A program made the translations under genes and the position numbers. Shown in pieces: positions 25,650 to 34,529 of a DNA stretch of 64,000 nt; position 1 is the first letter of the stretch; every line of letters starts with the position of its first letter. The notes below the pieces were generated by a model, which worked only from the letters and a program-made list of their open reading frames with translations, ran no database searches and was not told the origin of the DNA. Location: assembly GCA_965235115.1 (NCBI GenBank), contig OZ249440.1:34722001-34786000 (forward strand), written 5' to 3'. Source of the DNA: Laetmonice hystrix (Eukaryota).

Positions 25650-26658
25650 TTACACCGACATAAACACCTCATTTAACTTCTCGAGTGACTCGAAACGCAT
25701 TCTAGAAAACTGTTCACCTACTGCCATCATGTAGTCCGGTAAGAAATCATACCCTCCTGTATTCAGAGTAACAGGCCTCGTCATTAACGTTGTTCTACCT
25801 TCCAATGGCCAGGGTAGGTTAACATGATGGCGATGAACTTTAAACATGTGCCCACTTTTACAGCGCCAAACAACACCTTCAACCTGTCCTTGACAAGATG
25901 CAAACCATTCCAGCAAGGCATTTTTATCAGCCTTTACTTTCGTTCTATCTAGCTCAACACTGCCGTGTTCTACAAGAAAATGAACAGGGCGCTTTCTCGA
26001 GCCTAATTGATAAGGATTCCCATTAACATTTGTCCCAATCAATTCCATCGTTGAGCCGATCATGTCTTCCAAATGTACAATAGTTAATTCCACTTCCATG
26101 CCAGTTGAACACTTTAAAGGGCGGAGAACCAGTCCAACTCCAATATCCAAATCAATCGTGCTGGCATGCCACATGTGCGATCGGTTTTTACCATCAAATG
26201 GAACCCAGCCGAAAGTATGTCCACGACTATCTGGTTGGGGAACACTGTCTATAGTACACACGCCGCGCCCTGGTAACCAGTTGGCAGGAACGTTTTTAAA
26301 GTCATTCTCAACGCTCCATTCAAAAACACATTTTGCTCCAATCTCGTCTACAGGTAGTCCGTCTCTTAGCCGTGTCTCAAACTTTTTAAAGCGACGCTGT
26401 GCAGCTTTGGTTGGTTTCCGGTCTTGTCTCACCCACAGCCACGGCTTGTCTTCATATGCTTCAATTAGAACACATGTTCCGTCAAGCTTTTCTGTCGGAC
26501 ATGCCGTTTGTATATTCGTATCACTTGCAGACTTTCTAATCGTGTCTGTACTCACAATACGAAACTGCTCATCACTTCTTTTTAATGAGCGTTCTGTAAG
26601 TACATGCGTTTCAAACACATTCTATTTTTGTGTCTACGCAATTATTAGTGCTCTTCAT
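25650..26658 (-). CDS. RLIG1: Intronless RNA ligase 1 (C12orf29/RLIG1) homolog with an apparent frameshift at codon ~15
   Basis: Colinear with human C12orf29 as recalled: PTEKLDGTC (KxDG adenylation motif), PWLWVRQDRKP, GH..GWVP, WH.S, ELIGTNVNGNPYQLGS.K.PVHFLV.HG, EGVVW.C..G...KVHRHH..L.WP. N-terminal MKSTNNCVDTKIECV (ATG 26658) is in a different frame from the 322-aa body (26618-25650). Confidence 0.92.
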
Positions 26659-26708
26659 TCTCTCATTCGCCAATTCCATTTTTCTCCCTCCACTGTTATT
26701 TTACATTC

Positions 26709-26905
26709 TTTGCCAGCAGTGTTGTGTCTTGTGGAAAAGTAAAAACTTCTTGGCCTCCATATACACGTCTATCATCAACGAGTATTTGATTCAAACTGAA
26801 TAGTGACTGTTGAGATGGTATGGGTGTGATGTCATATGGAAAGCGCGTGATTAATAATTGTGTATGCGGTTGTCATGGTTTTAAGAAAAACAAGTGAGAA
26901 GTGGG
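26709..26905 (-). promoter_or_regulatory. Duplicated promoter/5' region of the CARD-PC4 gene placed upstream of RLIG1
   Basis: ~190 bp closely matching 28231-28420, including the first codons (MEAKKF..HKTQ), here ending as a 19-aa uORF (26760-26701). Confidence 0.8.
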
Positions 26906-27272
26906 AAACCGTTATGGTGGATCGAACACGAAACGATTACAAAGTTCTCAAACCACCGTTTGTGGACATATTGTGTGTTTTACACCGTTGTCAAGGTTTT
27001 ACGTTAAATGAGATTGTGAACACGTTTCCTGATAATGCAATAGATAGTGATATATTCGTATATGAATTCATTGCGAATCGTTACCATGTAAACCCTCCCT
27101 TCCTTGTATACCCAATGTTTTAATAAAAAGAATATGTTACAACATGTGTGACAACTTTATTATCAACTATACAACGTCAAAATGATTATCAAAGACAACC
27201 GATATTATGTCCATCATGCGCCATCAACTATGAAACTTTGTCATGCAGCAGCAGAGTCTAGAGTCCTGAGCA

Positions 27273-28280
27273 TTACGACATGGTAAAATTAGGATGGCAT
27301 TCAGGGCATGCAAACGCTCCCATCTGGTTAAAGTGATCCTCTCTCATGTAGCACGGAATCTCAGTGTGTAGTTCTGGTAGTACCGTCTGTATATCCGGTA
27401 TGACGTTTTTGAGTAAGTCCCACTCCTTCAGGCATAGCGCTATACCTTTCTTGGTAGGTTTCAGTTCAGTTTCGCCAGGTGGAATCCAAAACTTCCTCAG
27501 ACTGACACAGGGATACTGGGGATGGGTAGACACGTAGACATTTCCACCGAGATGCATCATGTAGTTGTTCTTCTCTTCCCCCTTGTTGATCATCTTGAGA
27601 GAGCGATCCACACTGTCCATGACCCCGAGTAGTTCTCTGAAGCGGCTCACAGTAAGGCTGATGCCCATTTTAGTCGGTATCCACGTCCCTTCATCCCTGA
27701 TCTGAAGCAAGAATCTTGTCTTAGAAATACTGTATAATTATGACACATTGTATACTCACCCACTTTAGTATCCATGATCTGAAATAAGAATCTTATCTTA
27801 GAAATACTATACATTGTGTACTCACCCACTTTAGTATCCATGATTTAAAGCAACAATTACTATGACATATATTGATATATTCACCTCGTATTGGCGGATG
27901 TCCACTCTTGGCTCACCGTTCCACAGTTTCACATTCACTCTTCTATCCCGGCCTAGATCACTCTGAAAACGCAGGTCTGGTGTGGCTTGCTCCATCCCGT
28001 CTCCGGCACCATCCAAACATGGGGCCGGGAAGAGTTCTTCATGCAGTTCCTTCTGAGTCGTGGCCAAGATTCTTTGAAATGCAGCAAACATGGCTGGATT
28101 GGCTTTCATAACTTTGATGAATTCCGCCACTTGTAGTCTACGAGTCGTCTGCACTTGAATGGCTGCACTCTGCTCCTCTGTGAGAATGTTTTCACCCCGT
28201 AGAGCATTCACGATGGCTACTGCATCGAGTTTTGCCAGCAGTTGTGTCTTGTGGGAAGTAAAAAACTTCTTGGCCTCCAT
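27273..28280 (-). CDS. Two-exon CARD-like + tandem PC4 (ssDNA-binding) + Cys/His-tail protein, ~274 aa
   Basis: Exon 1 28280-27885 (CARD-like FFTSHKTQLLAKLDAVAIVNALRGENILTEEQ...AFQRIL; PC4 start DLGRDRRVNVKLWNGEPRVDIRQYE); phase-0 GT-AG intron 27884-27702; exon 2 27701-27273 (PTKMGISLT..F..L; second PC4 HLGGNVYVS..VSLRKFW..KPTKKGIAL..EW..L; PCY...DHFNQMG...CPECHP); AATAAA at ~27156. Confidence 0.82.
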
Positions 28281-28374
28281 ATTCACGTCTATCCTCAGCG
28301 AGTATTTGATTCAAAGTGAATAGTGACTGTTGAGATTGTATGGGTGTGATGTCATATGGAAGCGCATGATTAAT

Positions 28375-28615
28375 AATTGTGTATGCGGTTGTCATGGTTT
28401 AAAAACAAGTGGGAACCGTCATGCTGAGACAGATCGTGATGACGTCATGTAGAACCAATGGTGTATGTGGTTGTCATGGTTAAAAAACAAGTGGAAACCG
28501 TTAAGTAATTGTTTATGTGGTTGTTTAAAAACAAGTGGGAAACCGTTATGGCAGATCGACGTCATATAGAACTGTGTATGTGGTTGTCATGGTTAAAAAC
28601 CAAGTGGGAAACCTT
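28375..28615. repeat. Iterated upstream motif TGTATGYGGTTGTCATGGTT(A)nCAAGTGGGAAACCG (4 copies; one more at ~26861-26910)
   Basis: Copies start near 28379, 28463, 28512 and 28575, directly upstream of the CARD-PC4 ATG. Confidence 0.75.
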
Positions 28616-28654
28616 TAAGGTAGATAATGTCATACCTTGTCATAAATGTGGGTG

Positions 28655-28996
28655 TCAAAAACCGTTATTGGAAATGTTGGGTATCTTCTCACCAACAAAG
28701 CATGCGAACTGGGTACGCCACTGTTGAGGTATTTCAATGTTCTTTAAATCCTCTTTCAATTCAGATAAAAACATGGTACTATGGGGTAGAATATTAAGTT
28801 CTCGACAGAGGATGTCATAGATTTTCTCTACTCTATCTTGAGTTATTTGCTGAATGGCCATCGTAAAATAGGCATCAACTTGCTCGTCCCACATACCTTG
28901 ACACCCTAACCCCATGTGATGTGCATTGTGAGTAGAATATGTGCGACAGCCATTGCAGAGGTCCCGTATAATATCCTTAATTTCCCTTTCTATCAT
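28655..28996 (-). CDS. Small Cys/His protein of the Polinton-like element (CxGC...H..GC...W), function unknown
   Basis: ATG-initiated 113-aa ORF, LCNGCRTYSTHNAHHMGLGCQGMWDEQVDAYF; resembles Maverick accessory ORFs as recalled. Confidence 0.55.
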   Translation of the reverse strand: MIEREIKDIIRDLCNGCRTYSTHNAHHMGLGCQGMWDEQVDAYFTMAIQQITQDRVEKIYDILCRELNILPHSTMFLSELKEDLKNIEIPQQWRTQFACFVGEKIPNISNNGF

Positions 28997-29036
28997 ATAA
29001 AGAGATAGATGGAAACAAATTTGATCTGGTTGAAAT

Positions 29037-29290
29037 TCAGGTAGAAAGAGACTCGATTAGTAGTCGATGATATGGTGCGTCGGGACCATCCCATGTCGTA
29101 TACCCAGGAGGGCCGTGATTTTCAGCATTACTTACAGCAGCCCTTTCACTCATGAACCATCTTAGCGATCGACTTAATTCATAGCATCTCTCTTTGCTGA
29201 CGATCAGCATATAACGCCACTGGTAGACTTTTATATTCTGTGTTCCTGGGATTGACTCGCATGGGCACACACGCCTTGACTGCTCGGGGG
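29037..29290 (-). CDS. Small Polinton-like accessory ORF, 5' end possibly disrupted
   Basis: CPC...YQWRY....SRSLRWF......Y.TWDGPDAP..RLLIES; co-oriented within the cassette. Confidence 0.45.
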
Positions 29291-29535
29291 TCAGTTAACA
29301 TTTAAACTTGTACCTGATAATACACACAACATACACAGGATGGGTTACTATAATGATGTTATGGAATTCCTTATATTCGATGGAGGGTGAAGAGAGAGGG
29401 GTTACACATCCTAGCCTTTAAGAACTAGAACAAACGACTTGCTTAAAATTTAACTTTTATTAAAACCCTTCCCTCATTTCATATAACCCTCCCACAGTTT
29501 AACCCCCCCCCCCCAACCTTTACCCTTCCCACAGT

Positions 29536-29778
29536 TTAAAAAACCCCTCCCAGCGCCGCTTCCACACCCAAAACAAAATATGGCTCACTGGGAGGGGGCC
29601 CTTGAGGGATTTCCCCCTCCCAGTCCTCATCCACAATATCAAAAAAATCCCCCTCCTCCCCAATTACCTCATCCCCCTCCCAGTCCTCCTCCCCCTCCCC
29701 TTCCTTAAAATCATAAAATGGTATTTCAATGTCAGCAGGCTCCACCTCCGGCTGTGGCGTTGGGTTTTGCGGTGCCAT
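29536..29778 (-). CDS. Acidic low-complexity ORF, first coding segment after the terminus
   Basis: ATG at 29778 directly after a polypyrimidine tract + AG acceptor; E/D/G-rich; AATAAA downstream at ~29460. Confidence 0.45.
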   Translation of the reverse strand: MAPQNPTPQPEVEPADIEIPFYDFKEGEGEEDWEGDEVIGEEGDFFDIVDEDWEGEIPQGPPPSEPYFVLGVEAALGGVF

Positions 29779-29949
29779 CTTCAAGAAGAAAAAAAAAAGA
29801 AAGAAAAAGATTGTATAGCCTGTTAGAGATGGTCTTTGACGGTAATTACCGTAAAGTTAGGTCTAGATCTGTTAACAAGTTGATTTAGTATTTGTTAACG
29901 AGGTAAAAAACAAAAAACAAAAAAAACAAAAGAAGCAGACTTAATTAAG

Positions 29950-32445
29950 TTTATACATAGTGTGACTGGGGAAGTAGGATGTCCGGGTGTGCTGAAGGTT
30001 TGAAAAGAGAACACAGATATTGTACACATAACAATGCTATTCTGTAATTTAAGAGGTTAGAACACTGTACTTGATAGTAAAAATGTATACATAGGTTAGT
30101 AAACTTGATTAAGTACTAGATAGTAAATATTTATACATACTGTGACTGGGTGGTGAATATATGTGATGTCCGAGTGTGCTGAAGGTTTGAAAAGAGAACA
30201 CAGATATTGTACACATAACAATGCTATTCTGTAATTTAAGAGGTTAGAACACTGTACTTGATAGTAAAAATGTATACATAGGTTAGTAAACTTGATTAAG
30301 TACTAGATAGTAAATATTTATACATACTGTGACTGGGTGGTGAATATATGTGATGTCCGAGTGTGCTGAAGGTTTGAAAAGAGAACACAGATATTGTACA
30401 CATAACAATGCTATTCTGTAATTTAAGAGGTTAGAACACTGTACTTGATAGTAAAAATGTATACATAGGTTAGTAAACTTGATTAAGTACTAGATAGTAA
30501 ATATTTATACATATTGTGACTGGGTGGTAAGTATATATGATGTACGAGTGTGCTGAAGGTTTGAAAAGAGAACACAGATATTGTACACATAACAATGCTA
30601 TTCTGTAATTTAAGAGGTTAGAACACTGGACTTGATAGTAAAAATGTATACATAGGTTAGTAAACTTGATTAAGTACTAGATAGTAAATATTTATACATA
30701 CTGTGACTGGGTGGTGAATATATGTGATGTCCGAGTGTGCTGAAGGTTTGAAAAGAGAACACAGATATTGTACACATAACAATGCTATTCTGTAATTTAA
30801 GAGGTTAGAACACTGTACTTGATAGTAAAAATGTATACATAGGTTAGTAAACTTGATTAAGTACTAGATAGTAAATATTTATACATACTGTGACTGGGTG
30901 GTGAATATATGTGATGTCCGAGTGTGCTGAAGGTTTGAAAAGAGAACACAGATATTGTACACATAACAATGCTATTCTGTAATTTAAGAGGTTAGAACAC
31001 TGTACTTGATAGTAAAAATGTATACATAGGTTAGTAAACTTGATTAAGTACTAGATAGTAAATATTTATACATACTGTGACTGGGTGGTGAATATATGTG
31101 ATGTCCGAGTGTGCTGAAGGTTTGAAAAGAGAACACAGATATTGTACACATAACAATGCTATTCTGTAATTTAAGAGGTTAGAACACTGTACTTGATAGT
31201 AAAAATGTATACATAGGTTAGTAAACTTTATTAAGTACTAGATAGTAAATATTTATACATACTGTGACTGGGTGGTGAATATATGTGATGTCCGAGTGTG
31301 CTGAAGGTTTGAAAAGAGAACACAGATATTGTACACATAACAATGCTATTCTGTAATTTAAGAGGTTAGAACACTGTACTTGATAGTAAAAATGTATACA
31401 TAGGTTAGTAAACTTGATTAAGTACTAGATAGTAAATATTTATACATATTGTGACTGGGTGGTAAGTATATATGATGTACGAGTGTGCTGAAGGTTTGAA
31501 AAGAGAACACAGATATTGTACACATAACAATGCTATTCTGTAATTTAAGAGGTTAGAACACTGTACTTGATAGTAAAAATGTATACATAGGTTAGTAAAC
31601 TTGATTAAGTACTAGATAGTAAATATTTATACATACTGTGACTGGGTGGTGAATATATGTGATGTCCGAGTGTGCTGAAGGTTTGAAAAGAGAACACAGA
31701 TATTGTACACATAACAATGCTATTCTGTAATTTAAGAGGTTAGAACACTGTACTTGATAGTAAAAATGTATACATAGGTTAGTAAACTTGATTAAGTACT
31801 AGATAGTAAATATTTATACATACTGTGACTGGGTGGTGAATATATGTGATGTCCGAGTGTGCTGAAGGTTTGAAAAGAGAACACAGATATTGTACACATA
31901 ACAATGCTATTCTGTAATTTAAGAGGTTAGAACACTGTACTTGATAGTAAAAATGTATACATAGGTTAGTAAACTTGATTAAGTACTAGATAGTAAATAT
32001 TTATACATACTGTGACTGGGTGGTGAATATATGTGATGTCCGAGTGTGCTGAAGGTTTGAAAAGAGAACACAGATATTGTACACATAACAATGCTATTCT
32101 GTAATTTAAGAGGTTAGAACACTGTACTTGATAGTAAAAATGTATACATAGGTTAGTAAACTTGATTAAGTACTAGATAGTAAATATTTATACATACTGT
32201 GACTGGGTAAGTATGATGTCCGAGTGTGCTGAAGGTTTGAAAAGAGAACACAGATATTGTACACATAACAATGCTATTCTGTAATTTAAGAGGTTAGAAC
32301 ACTGTACTTGATAGTAAAAATGTATACATAGGTTAGTAAACTTGATTAAGTACTAGATAGTAAATATTTATACATACTGTGATTGGGTAAGTATGATGTC
32401 CGAGTGTGCTGAAGGTTTGAAAAGAGAACACAGATATTGTACACA
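29950..32445. repeat. 187-bp tandem array, ~13.3 near-identical copies
   Basis: GCTGAAGGTTTG at 29991, 30178, 30365, 30552, 30739, 30926, 31113, 31300, 31487, 31674, 31861, 32048 (187-bp steps), then 32228 and 32408 (180-bp steps). Confidence 0.97.
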
Positions 32446-32699
32446 CTGTATTAGACAATGCTATTTTTCGTGTATTTGATTGATGCTAGGAAGAATAAAT
32501 TATACAATGATATTTGTTTCCTTATAATTAATGTCTCATAGCGGTATAGTCAATAGAGTCTACATGATAATAGAGCATGACCTACCTCTATGAATGATGG
32601 TGGGCGTCTGGCCGGGTGTGTCAATTTGACGTCTTTTCTCAAAATCGAATGATATCCACATCACAAAGGATGACGATACGTCCTTGATTGTCATGATTG

Positions 32700-33371
32700 C
32701 TTGTGACGTTAGTGTGACGTCATAATAGTTCCGACTGTTGTTTCCTCGCCCATTCATCTCTACATTTCTACTTGTGACGTCACAAAGGCACCTGCCACGA
32801 TTGTTTCTACCTGTAACGTCACAATCGGGACCGTGGTGACTATAGTTTAAAAAGAACAAGTCCCACCCGGGCCGACCGCGCTGTCGCACCGCGCCCCGTC
32901 GCCGACCGTCGCTGAGCGCCGCCGACCGCCACCGACCGTAATGGATCCATTGGATCCATTACCATGTCTACTGTTTACATCAGACTATTGTATACATGCA
33001 TTGCCTAGTGACGTCATAAAGGATCCGCCCGGATCCTATGGCTCCTATCAGGATCCGCTTCCGGTTGGCTCCTATCGGATCCACTTCCTGGATTGGATCC
33101 ATTACCATGTCTACTGTTTGTTTACATCAGACTATTGTATACATGCATTGCCTAGCAACAGTGACGTCATAAAAGATTGAATGCTCCCACTCCCTCAACA
33201 ACGTCAACAAAGAGTGTTGACGTCACAATCGAGTCCATACGTCAACGTTGCCTAGCAACAGTGACGTCATAAAGGATCCTATCGGCTCCTATGGCTCCTA
33301 TCAGGATCCGCTTCCGGTTGGCTCCTATCGGATCCACTTCCTGTTCCAGAACTCTCCTTTTATATACTACT
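32700..33371. promoter_or_regulatory. Polinton-like terminal region with internal duplications and six CRE/ATF sites
   Basis: TGACGTCA at 32715, 32775, 33009, 33162, 33218, 33262; duplicated blocks ~32950-33090 vs ~33093-33343; ends in TATATACTACT. Confidence 0.65.
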
Positions 33372-34529
33372 AAGGCACTATACCATGGTTATCCATGGGC
33401 CCTATTGCTTGTGGAGGTTTCGGATCGCTTTAATGACATGATAAAATAAGTCAACTGTTGAGCAAGTGGCGATAGCCACGAATGACAAAATGTACCTGGT
33501 AAAGTGACCACGTGGGGAGATATAACTTGGTCGGGTGAAGGGGTGAGCACAGACTTACCATGCACAGTTGTATATAGTCTTCAGTTCTGGCTCCATGAAT
33601 ATCACACACACACAATCCTTGATTCTTGATATATATCCGTGAAGGAATGATGCACAAGTGTCCGTATATTATAGAAATGGCCAATAAGGTGGACTGTCCG
33701 GGGCCGTAACGTTGTGTCGGCGTTGGGACTAGGTGATGGCCGTTGAGAGAGAGGGTGTGGGGTCGCCCAGGGGTTATATACCCCTGGTGACGTCACTGTT
33801 ATTAATCCAACCAAGTAAAACAATTGGCTGATAAGGTCACGTGGGTCAAGGGGTTACATTAAGGGGTGATGGATACAGATGGAGCTGGTACGATAAATCT
33901 AGCTCAACAGTAAAAACATATGTGTGTGAATATAATATAGGTTTGTTGAGAGATGTAGTTACATAACAGATTAATGATAAATTGTTAAGTAGTGTCCTGA
34001 GGACAGTACGATAGTATTTATAAAAGCATGTAATGGTTCTGCCTTGAGCCCAGGTACTGTCCACAAATTCTGATGCTTTTGGTGGCTCTGTCATCATGTT
34101 TACTTATAAATTTACAATCATTAATATCACGATAAGCATCCATACCTGTTTCAAAATCATCACCATAAGTTTTTTCTTTCTCGATCTTTTCTGAGAAACT
34201 TCTTCAGTGGTTTGTTCCCCCGACGATGTCAGATCATAACTGCTGCAGTCATGTGTGTTATCTGCATTGTAAATGGGGGTAAATCAATGGTAATCAAGTG
34301 ATTCTTGATTATTTCATCAAAGTGTAAAACTAAAACACTTGCCAGAAAGTGTTACCTATCATGACATTTTTCTAGCTAAACTGTCGAAGTTTTGTTTAAA
34401 ATTTGAATTACTTTGCTATTTATTCTATCTGAGTAGTAATCAAAACAATTTGATGCTCACATTCTTAAAGTTCCATTGGTAGCGGTATGTATATGGATAA
34501 ATGAAATTGACATAAATTTATATAGGGGT

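Larger units (their letters stand above)
25034..33371 (-). mobile_element. Internally deleted Polinton/Maverick (adintovirus-like) remnant with one terminus
   Basis: Terminus reads AGTAGTATATAAAAGGAGAG on minus from 33371 (Polinton-type AGTAGT end); QxGG-F basic/amphipathic peptide; double-PC4 + C..H.NQ.G...C.EC.P gene; small Cys/His ORFs; compact AATAAA-terminated genes. PolB, integrase, capsid, ATPase and protease not found; left boundary uncertain. Confidence 0.75.

Noticed and set aside
25650..26658. The host's native RLIG1 locus
   Set aside because: Intronless, frameshifted near the start, preceded by a duplicated element promoter region and flanked by Polinton-like ORFs; the native status cannot be fully excluded without the genome
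26062..26742. 226-aa plus-strand ORF (also 4794-5495, 59673-59936 and similar)
   Set aside because: Antisense shadows of real minus-strand coding sequence with no recognisable motifs
29536..29778. N-terminus of protein-primed PolB
   Set aside because: Only a weak resemblance (EAALGGVF); no exonuclease or polymerase motifs follow
29950..32445. CRISPR array or coding repeat
   Set aside because: Units are wholly repeated with no unique spacers and no ORF
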